Below, piece by piece: positions 39,501-48,591 of a stretch of DNA of 64,000 bases. The DNA is from Candidatus Latescibacterota bacterium. Its GTDB lineage: Bacteria > Latescibacterota > UBA2968 > GCA-2709665. The stretch's first letter is position 1, and each line of letters begins with the position of its first letter. The notes beneath the pieces are model-generated. The model was not told the origin of the DNA. It ran no database searches and saw nothing but the letters and a program-made list of their open reading frames with translations. The translations under genes were made by a program, and so were the position numbers. The stretch is from contig OZ250150.1 of the NCBI GenBank assembly GCA_965237675.1, positions 4,928,001 through 4,992,000 of the forward strand, written 5' to 3'.

Positions 39501-40915
39501 ACGTGGATGGTACGGTAATTCTGTGGGACTTGGCCACGCGATCACCCGTCGCTACGCTGGAGGCGCCGGGAATTTGGACTGAGTCGGTGGTGTTTTCGCC
39601 AGATGGCGCCATCCTGGCTACCGGGTCAAATAGAGGCCACATCATTCTGTGGGACGTGGCGACCCAGGATCGGTTAGCCTCAATCGAAGAACATGGAGGA
39701 AAGCCAGTCTCGTCGATGGCGTTCTCGCCGGACGGCGCTACCCTCGCCTCCGCGTCCCACCGGTCCGGCACGGTACGGCTGCAGGACATAAAAACGGAGA
39801 ATGCCGCCACCCTCGACGGGCACGCGAGCGTAACCTCAATGGCGCTCTCTCCGGACGGCAACATCCTCGCCACGGCAACTCAACAGGGCCGGATCAACTT
39901 ATGGAACACATCCACGTATTTCAGAATCGGCACACTGATTGCCACGCTCTCGCCGGGAGACAAGGGACCCTTTCCATATCGGTTGGCATCGGTGGCATTT
40001 TCGGCTGATGGCCGCACGCTGGCAGCCGGATCGTTTACGCGGCTCCATTTGTGGGACCTGGCGACAGAAACAAACATTGCTACACTCAGAGAGCATGCGG
40101 GTTGGCTCGAATCGGTGGCGTTTTCGCCCGACGGGTCGCTTGTAGCAACCGCGGGCGGGTGGGCTCCGGGGGGTGAGGATGCCACGGTGCGACTGTGGGA
40201 CGTGGAAACGCGATCGGTGGTCGCCGTGCTCGAAGGGCATACCGATGACGTGAGGTCGGTGGCGTTTTCGCCGGACGGGAACACGCTGGCCAGCGGCAGT
40301 CTGGACAAGACGGTGCGAATATGGGACGTGGCATCTCGAACACCGGTCGCCGTTGTCGAAAGACACACGGCTGACGTCGATGCAGTGGTGTTTTCGCCGG
40401 ACGGGAGCATACTGGCTTCAGGATCGCGCGACGGAACGGCGGTTCTATGGGACGTGGCTAAGCGGACACAAGTCGCCACGCTCGAAGGGAGCAACGGAGG
40501 CGTCCATTCGTTGGCGTTTTCGCCGGACGGGAGCACACTGGCTTCAGGATCGCTCCACGGGACGATGGTTCTATGGGGCGTGGCTAAGCGAGCACAGGTC
40601 GCCACGCTCGAAGGGAGCAACGGTAGCATCCATTCGTTGGCGTTTTCGCCGGACGGGATGACTCTGTTCAGTGGCAGCGGTGACGGCACGGTTCTGCTGT
40701 GGGACATGTCGCCTTATGTCACACCTCAAACCCCTGCTACCGACTTCGACGGCGACGGGACCGTGGGATTCTCCGACTTTCTGCAATTCGCGGCGCAGTT
40801 CGGGCTGAGCCAGGACGATGCGGGATATGACTCGCGGTTCGATCTCGACGGCGACGGCGCCGTCGGGTTCAACGATTTTCTGATCTTCGCCGGCAGCTTC
40901 GGCCAGGGTGCGTGA
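36542..40915 (+). CDS. Secreted zinc protease + WD40 + Ig-like + WD40 + dockerin protein
   Basis: AGGAGA RBS before ATG 36542; HEIGHAFGLQH/IMSY; ~7 WD units; ISGDGQQG Ig-like domain; ~14 WD units; tag. Confidence 0.92.
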   Translation: MKTLFVRLSLLTSLCLLFLPLEVVHAWSPPADSVHYCAPVDHEQWERGRPRTAAKRTAALNAGEPRTVRMIYFLPSDRPFRQEVVDSMKTVIKQVRTFYAEQMAAHGYGDRTLRIETDARGQPLVHRVDGQHPDLHYYKDTRGLVGEELGPTFDFATNVFLIVVDNKGGLIGQNPDEAPYARGIGLRVEKAGGFVYVTGNFDVALVGHEIGHAFGLQHDWSDPDYIMSYGPGQSRLSACHAEFLAVHPYFNPDIPVEQASPPTITVTSPRTYAPGSSSVAIRVEVDDADGVHQVLLFYSFWEFHACRGLEGEENAVVDFEFRGSTYNRESNTLTDEPDQPLSIIAVDTKGNTKLHRFTLARTSPEQIGTLVGHTNTTNSVSYSPDGVTLASAASDATIKLWDVATQTLVTTLEGHTESVTSVSFSPDGGKLATGSFDGTVRLWDVATRTEIARLEGHTRGVNSVVFSPDGHTLASASAASDATIKLWDVATRAQVTTLEGHTDWVTSVSFSPDGGTLASTSSDGTVRLWDVTTRTEVAKLEGDSRGMSSVTFSPDGASLAAGTWASTIMLWDVATRILTANLEFECGGWRSVAFSPGGAILAGGAGNSVVYLWDVRSRERVATLTGHTASVNSVAFSPNGATLAAGSQDYTVNLWDTSRWTRLRPFALEIISGDGQQGAPGSVLVQPLVVIVEDQHGNPLPGASVTFTVTGGDGRLNGLYTSQRAVSDASGRASVPLTLGPRPGTYTVDVSIGREVLATFLAEAVETGITVLEGDYVTWDLPDGAAARLGRGGVGSGDRAVALSSDGRTLAVASAIGVWLYEVATARAMSLLSCPDGVSSVAFSGGGVLASGLNNGQVELWVVQTGARISTLTHADWRRVTSVVFSPDGTALASGSGDQVVKVWEVATRRLVAMWEVPPDGDGYIPRGTLAFSPDGSKLVSGFQDGTVRLWDMDTRAEIATLEGHTSRVTSVAYSTQGDHLASASFYVDGTVILWDLATRSPVATLEAPGIWTESVVFSPDGAILATGSNRGHIILWDVATQDRLASIEEHGGKPVSSMAFSPDGATLASASHRSGTVRLQDIKTENAATLDGHASVTSMALSPDGNILATATQQGRINLWNTSTYFRIGTLIATLSPGDKGPFPYRLASVAFSADGRTLAAGSFTRLHLWDLATETNIATLREHAGWLESVAFSPDGSLVATAGGWAPGGEDATVRLWDVETRSVVAVLEGHTDDVRSVAFSPDGNTLASGSLDKTVRIWDVASRTPVAVVERHTADVDAVVFSPDGSILASGSRDGTAVLWDVAKRTQVATLEGSNGGVHSLAFSPDGSTLASGSLHGTMVLWGVAKRAQVATLEGSNGSIHSLAFSPDGMTLFSGSGDGTVLLWDMSPYVTPQTPATDFDGDGTVGFSDFLQFAAQFGLSQDDAGYDSRFDLDGDGAVGFNDFLIFAGSFGQGA

Positions 40916-40980
40916 GGCGCAACAGTGGTATCATCCCACCTCCAGGAAAATGTAAACCAATCAGTTAGGAGAATCGCCAG

Positions 40981-43900
40981 ATGAAAGCCCTTCTCAATCG
41001 TTTATCCCTCTTGACATTGCTCTGCCTGGTGTTGCGGCCAGTGGTCGGCCATGCGTCGCCCTCGGAATCCGACAGCGTGCATTACTGCGTACCGTTCGAT
41101 TACGAGCAGTGGCGGCAAGACCATCCACGTTCCGCGGCGAAACGTGCGGCGGACCTGAACGTGGGCGAACCGCGCACGGTGCGGATGATCTACTTCCTGC
41201 CCAATGACCGCCCTTACCGCCAGGACGTGGTGAATTCGATGAAAACTGCGATCGTGGAGAGCCGGACGTTCTTTTCAGAGCAGATGCAAGCCCATGCCCT
41301 TGGCAAGAAGACGTTCAGTTTTGAAAGCGATGGCGCTGGCACGCCGGTGGTACACAGGATGGACGGTCAACACCCCGATTCTGCCTACGTTGACGACACG
41401 ATGGACGCTGTCTTACAAGAAATCGGAACGGCGTTCGATGTCGAACAAAACGTCTACCTGATCGTGATTGACATCAGTACCAATCTGCTTGGGTATAAGG
41501 CGGTAGATCTTACGGCATTGGGATTGGCTCTTTGGATCCCGAAAAACGGTGGTATTGCGCTCGTACCGGGACTGTTCAGGTTTCGAACGGTAACCCACGA
41601 ACTCGGACACGCCTTTGGGTTGCCCCACGATTTCAGAGACAGGAAATACATTATGTCTTATGGAGGTATCGAGAATTCACAATTGTCCGACTGCAATGCT
41701 GGATTCCTGGCCGTACATCCCTACTTCGATCCGGCTGTTCCATTTGAAGAAGCATCCCCGCCCAGCGTAGAAATCGTCTCGTCGCTCGAATACCGCGCTG
41801 GCTCCGAGACCGTCCCCGTACAACTCAAACTCAGCAGCCCCGAGGGATTACATCATCTCTTGATGTTGGCTGAAGAACGTGGCGGCTTAGCTCTTGAAGT
41901 CTGGAAATGTCGTAACCTGGCGGGGAAACAGAAAGTGGAAGTCGCATTTGATTACGACGGCTTCAGCCCGTCTCATGCCGATTGGGATTGGATCAGACGC
42001 CTGTCCGATCAAGATAAGTATCTCATGTCAATACGGATCGCTGACTCTGCCGGGAATGCCCTTTCTAAGCCCTTTGAACTATCCGAAGAGGAGGACGCGG
42101 CGGAAAGACCTCGCGCGTCGACGATTGTGATAATCTCGGGGAATAACCAGGAAGGGACTCCGGGTTCGGAACTGACGAAACCACTGGTTGTTGAAGTGCT
42201 GGACCAACACGGTCAACCGTTACCGGATGAGACAATTCAGTTTGGTGTTACAGAGGGTGAAGGCAGGCTGAGCGCACGGCACATGGTCGAAAATGTGGCG
42301 ACCGATGCGAGTGGCAGGGCCGAACTGACACTCTTCCTCGGACCGTATTCAGGGACCATTATCGTTCGTGTTTCGGCGCCTCAGGTTCCCAAGTGTCAGC
42401 CGGTATTCTTTACCGCCTTTGGCTCAGGCGCCTCCACGGTGTCCTCCGGGCATGGTGATACCAATAAATGGCACTTGCCTTACGGTGTCATTGGGCGCCT
42501 CGGAAACGGACGCCTCGGCAGATGGGACAGAGCGCTGTCGTATTCGCCCGATGGTCGGCTTCTGGCCGTGGCGAGCGCTATTGGGGCGTGGCTGTACGAC
42601 GTAGGCACGTCCCGCGCGCTTTCGCTGTTTCCGGCGTCCGATCCGGTCGAAGCGCTGGCATTCTCCCGGGACGGGACACTGCTTGCTACCGGTGCTTCGG
42701 GGGGAACAATCACGCTCTGGGAGGTCGCGACAGGCACCGCGATGTCTAGGCTAACCGCACATCCATATCTGTCGTCGGTGGCGTTCTCGTCGGACGGGAC
42801 CCTGCTGGCTTCCGGCTCCATGTTACAGGTCCTTGAACTTTGGGACCTCGCGAACCAGACTGCCGTCTTGACATTTGAAGCGTCAAGAACAGGCAACTTG
42901 ATAGATCCTGTGTCCGTAGCGTTTTCGCCCGATGGCGGACTGCTGGCCGCAGGTTTCCAGGACCGCACGGTCCGGCTGTGGGATGTCGAGACAAGGAAGA
43001 ACGTCCTCACTCTTCACGGACATCGACTCCGTATGACTTCCGTAGCCTTTGCTCCAAATCGCACGGCGCTTGCTTCCGGATCGTTAGACGGCGATATCAG
43101 GCTGTGGGACACCAGTACAGGAAGAAATACATTTACAATAAACGCTCATAGTCGTGGAATCACTACCATCGCGTTTGCACGGGATGGACTGACCCTCGCG
43201 TCCGGGTCAAGAGGCTCTACGGCAAAGCTATGGGACGTGGCAACGGGCAAATTAGTGACGGCTCTCACAGGGGGGCACATGGGAGGTATCTCGTCCTTAT
43301 CACTATCTCCTGATGGGTCGATCCTGGCGACTGGTTCTTCAAACGACGGTACGTTGGCAATGTGGGACGTGGGCACAGGCAATGCCACCACCCTCAATGG
43401 TAGTGGACATATTGACGTCGGCGGTTCCGTCGCGTTCTCACAAGATGGATCGGTAGTTGCCACCGGCTCTACAGACGGCACGGTCAAGCTTTGGGACGCC
43501 CGCACCGGGCGCCACACAAGAAGCCTCGGGCTTCAACCCGTCAGAATCTATGCGGTAGCATTTTCACCCGATGGAAGAACACTGGCCGCAGGGTCTGGCG
43601 AAAACATCATCGAGCTGTGGGACTTTGCGACTGGCGCAAAGCTCGCATCTTTCTCCAGACAGCGTGGCCAGGTCCTTTCTCTTGCGTTTTCACCCGATGG
43701 AAGGATACTGGCCGCGGGGGATCCTCAAGGTCTCGCCCTTTGGGACGTCGCGAGCGTCACGGCCGCAAGCGCCGCCCTTGGGCCTACAGCAAGTTCGCCT
43801 GTAGGTCTTGTTTCCAAAGACAGGGCAACCGACCACTATATCAGCCCGCCTTTACGGCAAGAGGATAGTTGGGTGTGGTCCTTGGCGTTTTCACCGGACG

Positions 43901-45147
43901 GGAAAACAGTTGCGTCCGGCACAGACAACTTAATCGTCAGACTCTGGGATGCCTCTACCCTGGAAGAAATCACAACGATTCGGCCAACCGAGGGCACGCG
44001 GGTGTGAGGGGTATTCTTTGCTCCTGACGGCAATACCCTTGCCACGGCCACCCACGGCGGAATCGAGTTGTGGAAGGTGCCAACAGGTGAACGTACAGGC
44101 GTTCTGGGGCAGGGCGCGACCGCGGTGTCGTTCTCACCTGATGGTACCACCCTGGCCTCAGGGCATTGGCGCGGCAGGGTCCAACTGTGGGATGTCGCGA
44201 AGGGAACAGAAATTGCCACCCTGACAGGGCACACGTACGACGTGATATCGATGGCTTTTTCGCCAGATGGAAGCACCATGGCAAGCGGCAGCGACGACGG
44301 AACGATTCTACTGTGGGACACATCGGGATGGGTGGGCGGACCTACGGATGTGGGTAAGCCAGGTGAGCTCAGCGCGGACCGGCCGGATGAACTCATCGGA
44401 AAGTGGGAATCTGTCGTGTCGGGAGACGGGGCGGATACCACCCGTGTCCTGGAGCTGCTCGCCGATGGCCGCTTTGTCAACATCGAGAAGACCACGTCCC
44501 ACGAATCCATGAATCAGACTCTGGTTACCCAATGGGGTGCCGACGCGGGACGAATCCAGTTCGTGGCAGACTCTCTGGCGGCTCGACAGTCCAGGTTTCA
44601 CGGCGCACTCGTTGCCGACAAGCAGGTGTTTGCCATAGAATTGACCGGCGCGTGGGGCGTAGAGGGGAACGTGATTCATGCCGTTATCGACAGCTTCTCT
44701 CTATCACTTAACGGTCTTCAGGGGAACGACGTGTTCGAGTTTTACGAGAAAATCATTCCCCTGATCGTGCCGGCCGAGAATGCCGGGTTGGTTCAGCTTG
44801 TCCTGCTGGGTATCGCACTTATTCAAGAGACGTTCGACGCTATAATTCAGGCGCGTGACGTGATCGTGTTCGGCCTGTATTCGGTCGAGAACGACAATCT
44901 GGTGGTGTTACAGGTGGTGTTACAGGATGAGACACCAGTCAGATACACGCGAGTACCGGAACCGGTAACTCCGGATTTCGACGGCGACGGCACTGTGGGT
45001 TTCCCCGACTTCTTGCAGTTTGCGTCGCAGTTCGGTCAGAGCCAGGACGACGCCGGATTTGACGCGCGCTTCGATCTGGACAGCGACGGCACCGTCGGGT
45101 TCAACGATTTTGTCATATTCGCACGCAGCTTCGGCCAGGGTGGATGA
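40981..45147 (+). pseudogene. Secreted zinc protease + Ig-like + WD40 + unknown domain + dockerin protein with one in-frame TGA (44005-44007)
   Basis: HELGHAFGLPH/IMSY; the frame continues past the TGA as TRV*GVFFAPDGNTLATATHGGIELWKV into the 44068 ORF. Confidence 0.85.
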
Positions 45148-45200
45148 GCCGCCGGGACAGGCGCCGAGGAATGCCTCGGTAGAAGTCTACACAGTCACGG

Positions 45201-45240
45201 AAAAGGCGCCCCGAGGTACAGGGCGCCTTTGAAATCTTTT
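45201..45240. terminator. Probable bidirectional intrinsic terminator at the island boundary
   Basis: AAAGGCGCCC-N9-GGGCGCCTTT between convergent genes. Confidence 0.65.
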
Positions 45241-45254
45241 ATTTTCGTGCACGA

Positions 45255-46028
45255 TCATTTGGGATGTCCGCTCCGATGGAACGCAACGAAGAAGTCGGAC
45301 ACCCCGCGTACGATAATCTCCAGCATCGCACGCCCCTCCTCGGCGGTGGCCTCTGCCGGGTTGTCCGTGTAACCCACGCCGGCCTGCCATTCTCCGTGTA
45401 CCTGAACCACGGCGCCCGAGAGGCCCACGTCCAGGCCGGCATCGTCGTGGGTCTGCCCGCTCATTGCGTCCAACGCCTCCCTGTTCACAAGTTCCGGCCG
45501 GACCGCCATCATCAGCGCCGCTTCGAATCGCCCTGCATGGCCCGGGATGAGCTTGGACGGCATGACATCGGTGAGCGCCTCGCGCGCGATATTCCAGTAA
45601 TCGCCTGTCGCCACGGCAGCCGGATTGCCCATGCGGTTCACGAAGTCCTGCCCCACGAGTCCGTTCGGGTTGGAATTCCCCCCATGGCCGTTCAACACCA
45701 CGAGCCGTTTGAATCCGCTTCGCACAAGGCCCTCGAGGACGTCCTTCACGGCTTCGACGAAAGTGGCGGTCTTGAAAGACAAGACCCCAGGAAACGGATA
45801 GTGATGATGGGAATTGCCAAATTGCAGTGTGGGGGCCACCACCACACGCGCATGTTCGTTTGCACGCGCCGCGGCCTGGCGCGCAACCGTCTCGCAAAGA
45901 ACGGTGTCCGTACACACCGGCAGGTGGGGTCCGTGCTGCTCAATGGCCGCTGTGGGCAGGACCGCCGTGGCCGAGGGCGCAACCTCTCGAATCTCCTCCC
46001 GGGTCATCTCTGCAAATAGAACAGTCAC
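45255..46028 (-). CDS. Creatininase/creatinine amidohydrolase family protein
   Basis: AIEQHGPHLPVCTD, SHHH..FPG, LNGHGGN, GHAGRFE. Confidence 0.9.
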   Translation of the reverse strand: MTVLFAEMTREEIREVAPSATAVLPTAAIEQHGPHLPVCTDTVLCETVARQAAARANEHARVVVAPTLQFGNSHHHYPFPGVLSFKTATFVEAVKDVLEGLVRSGFKRLVVLNGHGGNSNPNGLVGQDFVNRMGNPAAVATGDYWNIAREALTDVMPSKLIPGHAGRFEAALMMAVRPELVNREALDAMSGQTHDDAGLDVGLSGAVVQVHGEWQAGVGYTDNPAEATAEEGRAMLEIIVRGVSDFFVAFHRSGHPK

Positions 46029-46084
46029 GGACTATCCTCCTGTCGTCGCGGTAGTCGATCGGAACCGACCTCTGGGACTGGGAG

Positions 46085-47566
46085 CTAACTCTCCTGGATC
46101 TCTTCGAACGGAAACAGGGGCCGCCTGCGATGGCGGAACTCGAATTTGCGCATATCCGCAGCCGTCGCACCGGGTGTATCCACCCGTATCAGACGCTTGC
46201 ACACGGGCGCGTACGCCGCCACGGGCGCATGGACCCCTTTGGCGACGATGACGTCGAACGCGTCGGGGTGCAAGTCGCAACTGGTCATCAGACCCAGACT
46301 TACCGGTACGACCCGCCGCGACGTCAGGCTGATCGTCAAGCCAGTATCCGTATCCACAACCGCCGTCTGACCCATGTCGAACGACGTCCGCCCGCCGTGG
46401 CGAATCTCAGACTCCCGAAACCGACCGTCATAAAGACCGCGAACCCTTACAGGTGCCTCGAGCGGCGGCCCATGGAATTCGTCCGTCTTTCCGCCCATCC
46501 GGAGCGTCACCCGATTGCCCACGCCCGCCGTGGCCGCCTTCGATACGGATTCCCTGTCGTACAGACACACGAATGCCCGCGCATTGCGACGTCGATGCAC
46601 TTCGTGCGCAAGCAACGTCCCATCCGCGGCGGACCCGCCACCCACATTGTCGCCCATATCCAGCAGACAGACCGGACCTTCAGTGGCCAGCGCCATGTCC
46701 ACCGCCGCTTCGATGCCGATAAACTCACCCCTGAAGTCTCTGCGAAAGGTGTGGAGATGATCCGCGAGTTCTCCGGCAACGGCTTGCGCGAGGCCCGGAT
46801 TTCCATCCGTCACCGCAATCATCGCAGTACCCATCTCCGGCACATCGGCGTAGGGGAATCCGAGCACGATGCTATTCGACAACATGCCCGGCCGGTTCAG
46901 GAGGTCATCGGCCAGCTCGTACATTTCCCTGCACGGTGGCGCTCCCGTCAATTGCCGTTCAATATTGATCGCAATTGGGGGAAACACGGCGGCCTGCGTG
47001 GGCTTGACTTCGCCTTGAAACGTCCGTGCCATCAACCGCGACGCCTGCAGACCCACCTTCTTCTGATCCAGATGCGGGTTGCTGCGATAGGCGATGGTCG
47101 CATCACAGGCCTCAACCATTCTCTCCGACAGATTCGCGTGCGGATCGATCGTACAGATGATCGGCGTCTCATCTCCGACCAGCCGGCGCAGGCGGGACAG
47201 CCAGTACCCGTCCAGGTCCCAATAGTCCTCTCCTTCACCCACGTTCGCTCCGTGGGGCGCCACCAGCCAGCCATCCAGCTTCCCGGCGTGCGCGACCTGT
47301 TCAAACATCATCCTCATTAGCGCGTCGCACGTCGCGTGCGTAATCCGGCCGGAGGGCTCTGTGCTGGCGTAAAAGAGCGGCACCGCTTCAATACCCGACT
47401 CGTCCAGACCCTCCAGGAAACCGCTCACCTCGTTCAGCCCATCCTTGAATGCCACCGCCACCTCGTCTCCGATCAGGATCCGGCCTGACTGGAACATCTC
47501 CAGTGTGGTGGGCGTACAGATGAACGTATTGGACTCGTGGATCAAAGAAAGAATGCCGACACGCAT
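46085..47566 (-). CDS. mlrC: MlrC-like metallopeptidase (M81)
   Basis: HESNTF, PHGA, TIDPHANLS, YRSNPHLD, GFPYADVP, DMGDNVGGG, IVAKG, RRRPLFP. Confidence 0.88.
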   Translation of the reverse strand: MRVGILSLIHESNTFICTPTTLEMFQSGRILIGDEVAVAFKDGLNEVSGFLEGLDESGIEAVPLFYASTEPSGRITHATCDALMRMMFEQVAHAGKLDGWLVAPHGANVGEGEDYWDLDGYWLSRLRRLVGDETPIICTIDPHANLSERMVEACDATIAYRSNPHLDQKKVGLQASRLMARTFQGEVKPTQAAVFPPIAINIERQLTGAPPCREMYELADDLLNRPGMLSNSIVLGFPYADVPEMGTAMIAVTDGNPGLAQAVAGELADHLHTFRRDFRGEFIGIEAAVDMALATEGPVCLLDMGDNVGGGSAADGTLLAHEVHRRRNARAFVCLYDRESVSKAATAGVGNRVTLRMGGKTDEFHGPPLEAPVRVRGLYDGRFRESEIRHGGRTSFDMGQTAVVDTDTGLTISLTSRRVVPVSLGLMTSCDLHPDAFDVIVAKGVHAPVAAYAPVCKRLIRVDTPGATAADMRKFEFRHRRRPLFPFEEIQES

Positions 47567-48067
47567 ATCGAGGTTCCCTGGCCGCGCCGAATGGTGAAAG
47601 ATCGGTTATCGGTAGACAATGGTGCACGGTCTCGGTGAGGCAGGATTCCGCGGAGCGGTCGACTCATCGTCCCATGAATCGACGACGTCGGATCCTGGAA
47701 GCCCTGCTGCAATATAGACGTTAAATCTCCGGAGATCAAATTGTTCCTGGTCAGGATTCGACAAGCGGAGGAGGCGTCGATCCAACCTGTTCTTACCTGG
47801 CAATTCAGATCGGCTTATGGATATATATCCTGAATGTCACTATAAACCAAAATACAGTATGGGGACAACTTAAACAAAATTAACTAATGGATTCATCTTG
47901 CCATAAAACCCTGAATGCCATATATTAAAACCAGATACGATAAGCCCGGCTTATTGTTGATCGCGGGATGCGCCGACGACGTCCAGGCAGGAATACGATA
48001 TCCGGCGTAACGGGCGCTGACCGCCTGCGCGGGGCCTGGTCGAGGGCATCGATTCCGGAGGAGCCAG

Positions 48068-48535
48068 ATGGACCTGAAAGTGAATATTCGAACCGCTCCG
48101 ATAACCCAGGTCGACCTTTCGTACTATGTCGAGACCGAGAAAGGCACATACGCCAGAGACGTACTCGAAAAAATGAAGGCCAGTCATCGGAAATGCGCCC
48201 TTGTGATGGAGCACGGCCGCCTGGTCGGCATCTTCACCGAACGCGATATCATGAAAAAAGTGGCCGGCAACCCGCAAAGCAGCGATGCGCGGATTGACGA
48301 CCTGATGACGCCCGACCCTGAAACACTCGACGCGGACGCGAATATTCTGGATGCAACCCGGGTGATCGCCTCGAACCGCTACCGGTACATGCCGGTAACA
48401 AATAAGAAGGGCAAGGTCCTGGGTACGTTGACCTATTATGCGATTATCAAATACATCTGCGACTATTTTCCGCAGGAAATTTACAACCAGCCGCCCGTGC
48501 CGGACGTGTTTGCCAAAGCCCGTGCCGGCGCTTGA
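48068..48535 (+). CDS. CBS-pair protein
   Basis: GGAGGAG RBS; GRLVGIFTERDI, DLMTPDPETL, YRYMPV. Confidence 0.88.
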   Translation: MDLKVNIRTAPITQVDLSYYVETEKGTYARDVLEKMKASHRKCALVMEHGRLVGIFTERDIMKKVAGNPQSSDARIDDLMTPDPETLDADANILDATRVIASNRYRYMPVTNKKGKVLGTLTYYAIIKYICDYFPQEIYNQPPVPDVFAKARAGA

Positions 48536-48591
48536 CGCGTAAGGACATTTTCTCCAGAGCCGCAGCATAAAGAACCGGGAGGTCGATACAG

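Noticed and set aside
44005-44007. Genome-wide UGA reassignment (code 4 or 25)
   Set aside because: Many genes clearly end at TGA (e.g. 6121, 14593, 40915, 52087, 63021) and Trp is encoded by TGG throughout.
1643-45147. Integron cassette array (co-oriented genes with repeated spacers)
   Set aside because: No integrase and no convincing attC RYYYAAC...GTTRRRY structures; genes are very large and have their own leaders.
46085-47566. Microcystin degradation cluster
   Set aside because: Only an MlrC-family gene is present and the family is widespread.
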